A DNA stretch of 64,000 bases from an uncultured Bacteroidales bacterium (lineage in GTDB: Bacteria > Bacteroidota > Bacteroidia > Bacteroidales > CAZJKL01): NCBI GenBank assembly GCA_964546655.1, contig CAZJKL010000007.1:4838-68837 (forward strand), read 5' to 3'. The position numbers and the translations under genes were made by a program. Shown piece by piece: positions 1 to 9,767 of this stretch (position 1 is its first letter; each line of letters begins with the position of its first letter). The notes under the pieces were generated by a model. The model was not told where the DNA came from, did no database searches, and saw nothing but the letters and a program-made list of their open reading frames with translations.

Positions 1-1234
1 AAAATACATGAATATTGATAAAAAAACAAGAATACAATATGCTTCAAAGCATGCAAGTATTTCAAATAGTTGGAAGAAATGGATAGGTGAAAGCAAAGGA
101 TTAATTTCTTATAATGCAGTAGAAAAAAAACAACTGTTCGAAGCCGAATTTATTAAATGGACACAATCAAATATTGAGGCAGCAAAATATAAAGACTTAT
201 TAAATGAATATGAAAAAGTGTATAAAAAAATAACTCCTTTATATATGTGGCAAGAGTATTTTTTTGAAACTATCTGGTCTATCGAAATGTTAAGATATTC
301 AACAAAATTTGTTGGAATTTTAAATAAAACTGACCTTAAAGAAGATGAACTAAAAAGCAATTTAAAAAATAGTTACAATGCATTTTTAAAAGACTATTCT
401 AAAAATATAGATAAAGAGGTTTTTGCCGAATTATTAAAAACGTTTATTATTAATATTAACGATTCATTAAAACCAGAAGTTATTAAAGAAATTGAAACAA
501 AGTATGGGAAAAATATTAATGAATATGTTGACAAAGTTTTTGAAAAATCAATAATTACTAATGATAAAAAGTTAAATAAATTCATAGATAACTATAACTC
601 AAAAAAAGCAAAAGGGTTACAAAAAGATATGGCTGTAAATTTAATTTTTAATAGTTATATGTATTACCAAAATAATATAATGAATAAATATACTTATTTG
701 AGTACAAAGTTAGACAGTTTAAACAGAGTATATATGAAGGCTCAAATGGAAATGCAAAAAAATAAAACATTTTATCCTGATGCTAATTTAACTTTACGAA
801 TAGCTTATGGGAATGTATTAAAATATGAACCTAAAGATGGAGTTGAATACGATTATTATACAACTTTAGACGGTATTATTGAGAAAGATAATCCTGAAAT
901 ATATGATTATAATGTACCTAACAAATTAAAAGAACTAGTTCGAACAAAAGAATACGGTATTTATGCAAAAGATGGCAAACTACCTGTTTGTTTTATTGCA
1001 AGTAATCATACAACGGGAGGCAATTCTGGCAGCCCAGTTCTTAATGCCCAAGGAGATTTAATAGGCATTAACTTCGACCGTTGTTGGGAAGGAACAATGA
1101 GTGATTTAATGTATAACATTGATAAATGTAGAAATATTGCCCTTGACATAAGATATTGTTTATTTGTTATAGATAAATATGCAAATGCAGGATATTTAAT
1201 TGAAGAAATGGATATTGATTTATTAGAGCAGTAA
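1..1234 (+). CDS. S46 family dipeptidyl-peptidase (DPP7/DPP11-like), 5'-truncated by the window edge
   Basis: The frame is open back to position 2. The C-terminal catalytic-Ser region GGNSGSPVLNAQGDLIGINFDR and the tail DIRYCLFVIDKYANAGYLIEEM are typical of S46 peptidases. Full-length members are about 700 aa, so the N-terminus lies upstream of the window. Confidence 0.85.
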   Translation, partial: KYMNIDKKTRIQYASKHASISNSWKKWIGESKGLISYNAVEKKQLFEAEFIKWTQSNIEAAKYKDLLNEYEKVYKKITPLYMWQEYFFETIWSIEMLRYSTKFVGILNKTDLKEDELKSNLKNSYNAFLKDYSKNIDKEVFAELLKTFIININDSLKPEVIKEIETKYGKNINEYVDKVFEKSIITNDKKLNKFIDNYNSKKAKGLQKDMAVNLIFNSYMYYQNNIMNKYTYLSTKLDSLNRVYMKAQMEMQKNKTFYPDANLTLRIAYGNVLKYEPKDGVEYDYYTTLDGIIEKDNPEIYDYNVPNKLKELVRTKEYGIYAKDGKLPVCFIASNHTTGGNSGSPVLNAQGDLIGINFDRCWEGTMSDLMYNIDKCRNIALDIRYCLFVIDKYANAGYLIEEMDIDLLEQ

Positions 1235-1289
1235 GTAAGTTTAAACTAGCTCATCATTATTACACCTTCTAGAATTATACTATTCAGAA

Positions 1290-1920
1290 ATTAAATCTTC
1301 TTTCGGTTTGACACAGAAAACATTCTCACACCAGCCGCTAAGACCATTCTCTTTTGCTTCAAGCATGGCAATGGTTTTTGTCATGCTGAACGGCAGTGAA
1401 GCATCTCCTTTAAAAACTTGCGAGGCTTTAAAGTAAGGCTTTAGACCCCGTAGTTGTTCGTAGTTTGTAACTACGAACCCCGTTGTGCGTAGTTTTATAA
1501 CTACGCACCAAGTAAAAGTTAGTTTCCAAAACTAACAAAAAGTGTAGTTAAAAACTACAGTTTATTAAATGCGAAGTTACCCCCGAAAGCTTTCGGGATC
1601 GCATAACTGAGTTTCTTCGCACAAAATAAAAGCTAGTTTGTAAACTAACAAAAATTAGTAAGACCCCTTTGGGGTCAAAGGTTTGTAGCCAAATTAATGG
1701 CTACAAACCTCAGGACTTCTTCGAAGTCCAACAGAACCAAAATGAGAAAAATATTAAGAAGTACCAGCTGTCGCCCGACATATTGTCGGAGCCAGATGGT
1801 ATAACATCACCCTGTTGTTGGTGGGTTCAACTTCGCACTAAACAAAAGTTAGTTTTTTGCAAACAAAAACAGCAAGCAAATTTGTAGTAAAATCAGTGTC
1901 CGATCAAAGTCGTACTCTGA
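1290..1920. repeat. Hairpin-dense, GC-enriched non-coding block containing at least 10 stem-loops and 3 diverged copies of a roughly 37-nt module
   Basis: Stem-loops read directly at 1456-1478, 1485-1508, 1518-1536, 1543-1559, 1571-1620 (inner 1582-1597), 1632-1649, 1662-1676, 1681-1708, 1713-1729 and 1775-1789. The module CGCAC..AAAAG-[T/C]TAGTTT..AAAC(TA)ACAAAAA occurs at 1504-1541, 1618-1654 and 1834-1869. No credible ORF is present. Confidence 0.7.
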
Positions 1921-2013
1921 TAAAAAAAATAATTACTCATGTATTTAATTATTTTTATTGGTATTAGTGAATGCCTTTGGAATTTCGTAATTATTTTAAT
2001 TCTATCCCTAATT

Positions 2014-5000
2014 TCATTTAATTTTAATTACCTCTCCACTTGTATTTGCATTAAATTCAGGAGCATACATACATTGAATAGTTGAAATCCCATTTAGAAA
2101 CGAACCACTTTGTGATGCATATAGTTTATATTCAAAAACATATTTTCCTTTTCTTAACTTTTCTATAAAAAAGTTTGTGCTAACATCTTCGGTACATTGG
2201 TAAAAACCTAATCCACCTTTGTAATTATATCCCGAAATAACATCTAATGGCTCTAACCCCGAAGCTCTCATATCTTTTAGGTGAACATAATTCATATCTC
2301 TGTCGGTCGAAATAATTATTTTTACAACTATAATATCACCTTTCTCTAAATTATTTTTATATGGTTGTAAAACCACCCCTTTATCGGTATTTTCTTCTTT
2401 ATAAATTATTTTTTCAATAGATAAGCCCGATTTATTTTTTTCAATCTTATCTAAATCTTCAAAATATTGCCAATATAATGCACCCCAATTAACCGACGAA
2501 TCATTCTTCTCAATTTCGATTTTACCCATATTCGAATTAATATTTTCTTTGTCCCACGAATATTTAAAATATCCAGAGCCAGGCTCACTAATTAAATTTA
2601 TTTTTTCATTTGTAAAAATTTCTTCTCCAACCTTAATTTTAATATTAGAACTATTATTAATCCATTTTGAACCCGACATAATTAGAGCATAACAAGCCGA
2701 AGCAGTAGCTTTATTTGTAGCCCAATTATTGGTTTGTTTTTGTTTTAACAACCACAATTTTAAATTATCAACAGTTTTGGTATCGTTTGCAATTTCATTA
2801 AAAGCCTCAATCATCAACGATTGCATTTCGATACTTGTATTATTAAAATTATTTTCATAATTATCCTTCCAATACATACCCATTTCTTCGTTAACTATTG
2901 CAGTTTCTCTTAATGAAGAAATTATTTCTAAAGGAACCTTTTTCGCTCCAGTTCTGTCTAAAAACAAAGCAATCATACCTTTATAATAATTATTGTATTT
3001 AGCCCAGTTTCTTGTAACCGACGAGCGATAGTAGTCAATAGCTTCTTCTGTTTCTTTGTTACAATCAATAAAATCAAAATAGCTTCGCATATATAAGTAT
3101 TCAATATACATTTCAGAAGAAAAGAAAGTTCTCATTTCATTTTCATTATAGTTTTTCTTTAAATCATTATAATCTTCTAATATCCTATTATCCATATATT
3201 TAACGGCATTAGAAGTTAAAGCTAATAATTTTTCATCGCTCTTGATATCAATAATTCCTATTCTATTTAAACTTCCAAAACCAGTTAAAATTAAATTAGT
3301 TATATGATAATTTTCATACATTCCTTTAAACCAAGGTAAAGCCCCATTTGGCATTTGTAAGTTTTTAAGTTTTTCAATTATTTCTTTATTATCTTTTTCA
3401 ATTTTTGAAGAATTAAATAATTGTGCAATATTTTTTCTTTGTTCGGTTTCGCTAATTGCTTCCTGAACCCAAGGCGTTTCATTAAGTAAAATTGATTTTA
3501 GTTCCTGGTTGTTTTCTAAATTAGAAGCAAATGCAGTTTCGTTTTTTAGTTCGGCCCATTTGTTAAAAATATCTTTAATTTTATCATTGCTTTTTATAAT
3601 ATAAGAAGCTAAATTATTTGAAAAATATCGGTTAAATAGTTGTTCCGAACATTCGTTTTTGTTTTCAATAACATAAGGTAAAGCTTTAATTGCATACCAG
3701 ATAGGAGCAGAAGTATATTCTAAAGTTAAACGCTCATTTTTAATTGAATTAGACTTTGTTTCGAACAAACGGCTCATTGTATAAGTTTTGTTTTTTATGC
3801 CAACAATGCTTATAGGTAGAGTTTCGGTTACAAGTTTTCTGTTACTTAATACCGGTAAAATATGCTCCTCACCATCAGAGTAATTTTTATTTTGTGCAAT
3901 AATAGTAAATTTTAATGCCGAATAATTTTCAGGAACTACAATTTGCCAATTTACAATATTGCTTTCGCTATTAATGAAAGAAATTTTTTGTTCGGCTTTG
4001 CTTTTTAAACATTCGGTTAATAAAGGTTTATTTGTCAATGGATCAATTATATTAAGCTTAACATTAATGTCGGTTTTTAGTTTATTAATAACTTTTGTAG
4101 AAATAATAATGGTGTCGCCTATTCGTAAAAAACGAGGTAAATTAGGAATAACCATAACTTCTTTACTAGTGGTTAATTCATTATTATAAAAACCATATTT
4201 TAAGTCTTTTGTGTGAGCAAAAGCCTTAATTTTCCATTTACTCAATGTTTCGGGAGCTTTAAATTTTACAATAAAATTACCTTCATTGTCTTTGTAAATT
4301 GAAGGAATAAAAAATGCCATTTCGTTAAAGTTTGTTCTAATATCAACTTTTGGTTTTTGCTGAGGTGCTTTATTTTCATTGATTTCACTTTTGGCTACTG
4401 CATCTGCTTGAATAAAAGGAGTTTCATATTTCATCGCATTATTTTTTGAAACCACTTCATTTTTTGATTCCGAAACCGCATCCGCATCCGCTACCATACA
4501 AGCAACAATAGAAGGCCCACGAAAACCTCTTCCAAAACCTCTTCCATAATAGGAATTAAATAAAAATCTATCAAAAGTTCGGTTAAAATTATCGTATTTA
4601 AAGTTGTTCCAACCCTTGGTAAAAGATTTATTATAGTTTATTGAAAACAAATCGTCGTTTTCCCAATTATTAAAATATTCATATTCTGGATATAAATTAA
4701 AATACCAATTATTTGGGGCAAAAGCATCTAGCGAAGCATCATACATAGCAATTACCATTTCGGCTTTGGCAAATTCATCTTTATTATCAATAATTTTAAA
4801 TTTCCACTCTTCGTTTTCGTTTGGCAATAAATTATTTCTGAAAGTTTCGAGTTTAAAATTTAGTTTTTTATTAGAATAAGGAACTTCAATTTCTTGAGAA
4901 TGTTTGTAAATACGGTTGTTATAAACATAAATCGAATTAATAAAAAAGTTGCCTCTATAGTTTTCTTTAATAGGAATTTGAATAACTTTTTGTTCATCAG

Positions 5001-8000
5001 ACAAATTAATCCATCGAGAACTTTCAACTTTATTTCTACAAACAATTTCAAATAAAACATTTACATCTTTTGCTTTGGAGCCAATCATAACATTAATAAT
5101 ATCGCCAGGTTCACCCGATTTCTTTAAAACATTAAACCAATCAATATCGTTAATAGCTACATTTTTATTTTTTTCGGAATAAAATTTACAATAACTAGTG
5201 TATGTTATATCATTGTTGTTTTTGTCTTTACAATTAATTTCGAACAAAAACTGACCTTGTTTAAACTTGTTTATATCGGTTAAAGAAATTTTTGTGTCAG
5301 AAAAATTATCAAAATCGCTAGAATAAACCATTTGATCTTTTTCCCATTTTTCAATATTTTTTTCATCTTTATATAAGTCATTAGGGAAAAGTTTTAAATG
5401 TTCTTCCTCCGATAAAACAAACTGGTCGGGCATTCCCCAATATCTATCTCTAAGTAATCTAGAAGGTTCTTTAATTTTATAAATTTTTATATTGCCTTTT
5501 GCAGGAGTAGGAATATTGTCTAAATTAGAAGTGTTAATATTAAAAGAAAAATAGTTGTCGATATTAATTTTATCAGGTAAATCAGTTTTTATAATAAGTA
5601 ATTTATTGCCTACATTTATTGATTTCTCGTTTAAGATAGTTTCGCCATTTAGGTCGGTAATAGTTACATAAACAGTATAAGTAGAATACATATCATCATT
5701 AAACTCGGCACTAGGAATAGCTTTAAAAGAAACATTAAAATTGCCATCAATATCGGTGGTAGTTTTGCCTTTTGTAATAGTAATATTTTCCGAGTCATAA
5801 GGAATCCATCTGTAATAAGGTCTAATGTCTTTACGTTCAATTCTGTAACTAACTTTTGCATTATTAATATTTACACCCGAATAAGATTTAGCTTTACCCG
5901 AAATTTTAATCGAATCATTTATTTTATAACTATCTAAAATATCATTAAAAGTTATTTCAAATTTAGGTCTTTTATATTCTTCAACATTAAAACTTACAGA
6001 ACCATAACTCTCGCTCTGAATGCTCATTTCGCCTTTTAAACAAGAAATAGGAATTTTAAAAGAACCATTAAAAGAACCATATTCATTGGTAGTTAATTCT
6101 ATTTCATCAATTTTCTGACTATTAACATCAAACAACGAAACTTTGCTTTTAAAATCAGGATAAATTAAATTACTATCACCTTTCGATTTTACCGTAATAC
6201 CCTTGAAATAAACAATTTGACCAGGGCGATAAATAGCTCGGTCGGTAAACAAATAAGTTCTTATTATTTCATTATTCTCTTCAAACAAATATTCGTTCTG
6301 ATAAAAATTATTTGAATTATATAAAGTATCGCCATCTTTTGTTAATCTAAACTTAAACGAACGGCCATTGCTTGAATTAGGTATATTTATAATGCCGTCA
6401 TTATTGCTAGTTAAAGTCTCAATATCAGAATAAACATATTTTCTGTTTGCCGAATCCCAATTACTTGATATTAGAGTTAAATTAACATCTTTAACCAATT
6501 CGCCAGTTTTGCGGTTTAATGTAAAAATATTATACGACCTATCAATATTTTGTTTAATTATGTAAGAAAGATTACTCACAAGCAAGGAGCTGTAACAAAT
6601 AATATTGTTTTCGTTTTTAAAATTAGCATCAGGGCTACATAAAACCACATAAATGCCTGACTGTAAAGAAGGAAGAGCAATTTCAAAAGAATGATTTTTG
6701 TAGTCATTTTCAAAAACAGGCATAATTTGTTCCCATTGTTTAACTAGTTTTTTGTTTTTTAAGGCTTCAATATTCTTTTTTGAATCATAATAATTATTGT
6801 TATATAAATAATAATTCGAAGAAACCTGATAAATTTTAAAATAAAGCTTATCTATATTTTTATAATTAACAAATAATTTTGAAGGTGAATCAGGCAAAAC
6901 ACAATCTTCGGTTTCAAAAGAAATAGATTTAGATTTAATAGAGTTTAATAAATTAATAGCCTGAGAAACGCCATAACATTTTGGAAATTTATTTATAATA
7001 TTTTCACAAAGTTCTTTAGCCTTTAAGTAATTCTGCTTATTAAAATAAATATTAGCAATGCTAAATAAAGGTTCGGCAGAGTTTGGGTTATTAGGATAAA
7101 TTTTACTTAATGAATCTAAGGCATTTTTATATAAATCATCTTTATTTTCAAAATAAGAGTTTTCGTAAGCAAAGCCTAAGCGATTATTAACTGCGATAAT
7201 CCAAGCATCAGGGTTTTTATCATTTTTATGAATGGATTCAATAGTATAAAATAACTTAGAAGCAATAAACTTATTATTAGTAGAGTCTTGATATTCAGGA
7301 TAAAAAACATTGTTTAACGAAACTTTATAAAAATCATTTGAGATAATAAATTCATCAAAACTTTTATCAAAAGAAATATTATCATATTTAAAATAATCAA
7401 TAGCATTATAAGCTAATACATCAAACAAAGAAGGTCTTAAATTTCTTGAGTTTTCGCCAGAGATAAGAATATCATTGTAGTTTTCAATTGGAATTTGAGA
7501 AAGTTTGGTTTTGTTCGAAATAGAAAGTTTATAATAATTAGAAATTTTGTCGGCAAAAGTTTTAGAATCCCACAAAGTTATATCATTTGAAGTGTCGTTG
7601 CAAGAGGTTAATTCGTTAATAGTCCATGAATTATTTTGATAATAATCGTATATGTTTTTGGCAATAAAAGAGTTAATAATACAGTTTTCGGGAAAATTTA
7701 GTTTTTTGTTCTCGGTAATTAAAAAATTAATAGCATTAATTTCGGCATTTTCTTCAAACTGCGATTTTATTGAAACAATATTAAAAAGAGCTTTAATAAT
7801 TTGAGGCGAATTATTTTCAGATAAAGCAGAGGCATAAATTTTTTCAACAACTTCTAAAGCCGACTTAGGTTTGCTTTGTTCAAGAAAAGCATCAACTACT
7901 TTCCATTCTTTAATATATTTATTTGATTTTGTAGTTTTATTGTTTTGGGCATCAACAGAATATATGTTTATAGAACAAAATAAAATTGATAATAAGAAAT

Positions 8001-8022
8001 AAAGTTTTAATCTAATAATCAT
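2014..8022 (-). CDS. Alpha-2-macroglobulin family protein (2002 aa, bacterial A2M/MG-domain type) with a thioester motif
   Basis: Very large secreted protein with an N-terminal signal peptide (MIIRLKLYFLLSILFCSINIYSVDAQ). It has long beta-rich MG-like repeats and a CSEQ (CxEQ thioester) motif encoded at 3640-3651. The alpha-helical thioester-domain-like region follows, then a C-terminal beta domain. Confidence 0.8.
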   Translation of the reverse strand: MIIRLKLYFLLSILFCSINIYSVDAQNNKTTKSNKYIKEWKVVDAFLEQSKPKSALEVVEKIYASALSENNSPQIIKALFNIVSIKSQFEENAEINAINFLITENKKLNFPENCIINSFIAKNIYDYYQNNSWTINELTSCNDTSNDITLWDSKTFADKISNYYKLSISNKTKLSQIPIENYNDILISGENSRNLRPSLFDVLAYNAIDYFKYDNISFDKSFDEFIISNDFYKVSLNNVFYPEYQDSTNNKFIASKLFYTIESIHKNDKNPDAWIIAVNNRLGFAYENSYFENKDDLYKNALDSLSKIYPNNPNSAEPLFSIANIYFNKQNYLKAKELCENIINKFPKCYGVSQAINLLNSIKSKSISFETEDCVLPDSPSKLFVNYKNIDKLYFKIYQVSSNYYLYNNNYYDSKKNIEALKNKKLVKQWEQIMPVFENDYKNHSFEIALPSLQSGIYVVLCSPDANFKNENNIICYSSLLVSNLSYIIKQNIDRSYNIFTLNRKTGELVKDVNLTLISSNWDSANRKYVYSDIETLTSNNDGIINIPNSSNGRSFKFRLTKDGDTLYNSNNFYQNEYLFEENNEIIRTYLFTDRAIYRPGQIVYFKGITVKSKGDSNLIYPDFKSKVSLFDVNSQKIDEIELTTNEYGSFNGSFKIPISCLKGEMSIQSESYGSVSFNVEEYKRPKFEITFNDILDSYKINDSIKISGKAKSYSGVNINNAKVSYRIERKDIRPYYRWIPYDSENITITKGKTTTDIDGNFNVSFKAIPSAEFNDDMYSTYTVYVTITDLNGETILNEKSINVGNKLLIIKTDLPDKINIDNYFSFNINTSNLDNIPTPAKGNIKIYKIKEPSRLLRDRYWGMPDQFVLSEEEHLKLFPNDLYKDEKNIEKWEKDQMVYSSDFDNFSDTKISLTDINKFKQGQFLFEINCKDKNNNDITYTSYCKFYSEKNKNVAINDIDWFNVLKKSGEPGDIINVMIGSKAKDVNVLFEIVCRNKVESSRWINLSDEQKVIQIPIKENYRGNFFINSIYVYNNRIYKHSQEIEVPYSNKKLNFKLETFRNNLLPNENEEWKFKIIDNKDEFAKAEMVIAMYDASLDAFAPNNWYFNLYPEYEYFNNWENDDLFSINYNKSFTKGWNNFKYDNFNRTFDRFLFNSYYGRGFGRGFRGPSIVACMVADADAVSESKNEVVSKNNAMKYETPFIQADAVAKSEINENKAPQQKPKVDIRTNFNEMAFFIPSIYKDNEGNFIVKFKAPETLSKWKIKAFAHTKDLKYGFYNNELTTSKEVMVIPNLPRFLRIGDTIIISTKVINKLKTDINVKLNIIDPLTNKPLLTECLKSKAEQKISFINSESNIVNWQIVVPENYSALKFTIIAQNKNYSDGEEHILPVLSNRKLVTETLPISIVGIKNKTYTMSRLFETKSNSIKNERLTLEYTSAPIWYAIKALPYVIENKNECSEQLFNRYFSNNLASYIIKSNDKIKDIFNKWAELKNETAFASNLENNQELKSILLNETPWVQEAISETEQRKNIAQLFNSSKIEKDNKEIIEKLKNLQMPNGALPWFKGMYENYHITNLILTGFGSLNRIGIIDIKSDEKLLALTSNAVKYMDNRILEDYNDLKKNYNENEMRTFFSSEMYIEYLYMRSYFDFIDCNKETEEAIDYYRSSVTRNWAKYNNYYKGMIALFLDRTGAKKVPLEIISSLRETAIVNEEMGMYWKDNYENNFNNTSIEMQSLMIEAFNEIANDTKTVDNLKLWLLKQKQTNNWATNKATASACYALIMSGSKWINNSSNIKIKVGEEIFTNEKINLISEPGSGYFKYSWDKENINSNMGKIEIEKNDSSVNWGALYWQYFEDLDKIEKNKSGLSIEKIIYKEENTDKGVVLQPYKNNLEKGDIIVVKIIISTDRDMNYVHLKDMRASGLEPLDVISGYNYKGGLGFYQCTEDVSTNFFIEKLRKGKYVFEYKLYASQSGSFLNGISTIQCMYAPEFNANTSGEVIKIK

Positions 8023-8109
8023 AATAAAGTTGGTTTAAAAATAAAAAGTTTAAATTACAAAAAACATCAATTAACATCAAAAAATATTAGTATAATAAAT
8101 TCAAAATTA

Positions 8110-8117
8110 TATATTTG
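8110..8117 (+). promoter_or_regulatory. Bacteroidetes-type -7 promoter box TATATTTG (TAnnTTTG)
   Basis: Exact TAnnTTTG match 44 nt upstream of the POT transporter ATG, in the divergent intergenic region. Confidence 0.4.
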
Positions 8118-8161
8118 CAATAACAAAAAATATTTATTATTAATTTAAAAAAGTTAAAATT

Positions 8162-9685
8162 ATGTTTAAAGGACATCCAAAGGGATTATTAGCTTCGGCT
8201 CTTGCAAATATGGGAGAGCGTTATGGTTTTTATACCATGATGGCAATATTAGTATTATTTCTTCAAGCAAAATTCGGATTAGACGAAACAAATGCTGGTT
8301 TAATTTATTCAGTATTTTATTTTTCTATTTATATACTAGCATTTGTTGGAGGTATTATAGCAGATAAAACAAGAAATTATAAAGGAACTATAATGGTAGG
8401 TCAAATTTTAATGGCTGTTGGTTATTTATTAATAGCTATACCTACTGCTACACCGGTTGCAAATGTACCTGTGTCACTTGCAATAACATGCTTTGGATTA
8501 TTTGTAATTGCTTTTGGAAATGGTTTATTTAAAGGAAACCTTCAAGCATTAGTTGGACAAATGTATGATAATCCAGTATATTCAAAATTAAGAGATTCTG
8601 GTTTCTCATGGTTTTATATGTTTATTAATGTAGGTGCTATTTTTGCTCCATTCACAGCTATTGGAATTAGAAGCTGGTGGTTGGGAACAAGAGGATTTAC
8701 TTATAATGCAGCATTACCAGAATTATGTCATAGTCAAATTGGTGGCACAATAAACGCTGAAGGAACTGCAAAACTAACAAATCTTGCAACAGAGATGGGT
8801 GCTCAAAATGCTACCGACTTAACTCTTTTTGCTAAAAATTATTTAAATGTTTTCACAGAAGGATTCCATTATGCTTTTGGAGTAGCAATTTTTGCTGTTT
8901 TAATATCATTAGTTATTTATTTAGTAAATAAAAAATATTTCCCAGATCCTAAAAAAATAGGTGAAAAATCTGCGGCACAAGAATCAGGTGATATAACTAT
9001 GGACATTAAAGAAATTAAACAACGTATTTATGCATTATTAGCAGTTATGGGTGTTGTTATTTTCTTCTGGTTTTCATTCCATCAAAACGGATTAACTTTA
9101 ACATATTTTGCAAAAGATTATACTTTATTAAAAATCGGTTCTTGGGAAATATCTGCTGAAATTTTCCAATCAATGAATCCTTTCTTTGTTGTGTTTTTAA
9201 CACCAATAGTTATTGCAATATATGGATGGTTAAGAAGTAAAGGCATGGAACCTTCAACTCCTAGAAAAATTGTTATAGGTATGGGTATTGCTGCTTCAGC
9301 ATATATTTTAATGACAGTTGTTTCTTATGTAAGTAATTTACCTCTTTTATCAGATGTTAAAGCAATGGGTGGTTTAGCAGAAGTAGATAAAGTAACTCCA
9401 TTTTTATTAATAGGAACATACTTTATTCTTACAGTTGCTGAGTTGTTTATTAGTCCATTAGGGTTGTCATTTGTGTCAAAAGTAGCTCCTCCGCAATATC
9501 AAGGAGTTATGCAAGGAGCATGGTTAGGTGCAACTGCTGTTGGTAATTTATTGTTATTTATTGGTGCAATATTTTATCAAAATCTTCCAATATGGTTAAC
9601 ATGGACTTTATTTGTTTCTGTATGTTTTATCTCTATGATGATAATGCTTTCGATGGTAAAATGGCTTGAGAGAATTGCAAAATAA
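8162..9685 (+). CDS. Proton-dependent oligopeptide transporter (POT/PTR2 family di-/tripeptide permease)
   Basis: The N-terminus GHPKGLLASALANMGERYGFYTMMAILVLFL carries the POT signature (ExxERFxYY-like). The protein has about 14 predicted hydrophobic segments and a typical length of 507 aa. Confidence 0.9.
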   Translation: MFKGHPKGLLASALANMGERYGFYTMMAILVLFLQAKFGLDETNAGLIYSVFYFSIYILAFVGGIIADKTRNYKGTIMVGQILMAVGYLLIAIPTATPVANVPVSLAITCFGLFVIAFGNGLFKGNLQALVGQMYDNPVYSKLRDSGFSWFYMFINVGAIFAPFTAIGIRSWWLGTRGFTYNAALPELCHSQIGGTINAEGTAKLTNLATEMGAQNATDLTLFAKNYLNVFTEGFHYAFGVAIFAVLISLVIYLVNKKYFPDPKKIGEKSAAQESGDITMDIKEIKQRIYALLAVMGVVIFFWFSFHQNGLTLTYFAKDYTLLKIGSWEISAEIFQSMNPFFVVFLTPIVIAIYGWLRSKGMEPSTPRKIVIGMGIAASAYILMTVVSYVSNLPLLSDVKAMGGLAEVDKVTPFLLIGTYFILTVAELFISPLGLSFVSKVAPPQYQGVMQGAWLGATAVGNLLLFIGAIFYQNLPIWLTWTLFVSVCFISMMIMLSMVKWLERIAK

Positions 9686-9713
9686 ATAAATTATAAAATA
9701 TAAGTTTTTAAAA

Positions 9714-9741
9714 AGCTCACTTTTAACGGTGGGCTTTTTTA
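9714..9741 (+). terminator. Rho-independent terminator after the POT transporter gene
   Basis: Stem AGCTCAC/GTGGGCT (one G-U pair) with loop TTTTAACG, followed by TTTTTT. It lies 29 nt after the stop codon. Confidence 0.6.
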
Positions 9742-9767
9742 TTGTGAAATAATATAAAAGTCAAGGG

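Noticed and set aside
109-585. Antisense ORFs (83 and 63 aa) within the S46 peptidase gene. Similar antisense or alternate-frame ORFs occur at 3959-4189, 4860-5060, 5664-5861, 10925-11152, 13586-13825, 14790-14984, 27726-27950, 30818-31096, 32329-32565, 36296-36508, 36659-36973, 41774-41968, 43827-44018, 44946-45131, 52743-52931, 54100-54363, 55827-56015, 57710-57979, 58498-58746, 59558-59857 and 60793-61044.
   Set aside because: All lie inside or antisense to much longer ORFs with clear family motifs. Stop-poor antisense frames are expected in AT-rich DNA.
1713-1800. RNase P-like strings (GAAGTCC ... ACAGAACC ... CCAGATGG)
   Set aside because: The order of the motifs is wrong for RNase P RNA. 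The P4 partner GAGGAAAGTCC is absent and the flanking helices do not match. The resemblance is coincidental.
1815-1840. tRNA T-arm-like GGTTCAA string
   Set aside because: The flanking bases do not form a T-stem, and no acceptor or anticodon arms can be drawn. I could not recognise any tRNA in the window.
1504-1869. Possible degenerate CRISPR array, based on three copies of a roughly 37-nt module
   Set aside because: There are only three diverged copies, with irregular spacing (114 and 216 nt). The 'spacers' are themselves hairpins of the same family, and no cas genes or leader are present.
1669-1887. 72-aa ORF on the plus strand inside the hairpin block
   Set aside because: It starts at a non-ATG codon, runs straight through several perfect stem-loops, and has an odd composition (CCWW, Q/K runs). 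No neighbouring operon logic supports it. It is best explained as a chance open frame in GC-richer repeat DNA.
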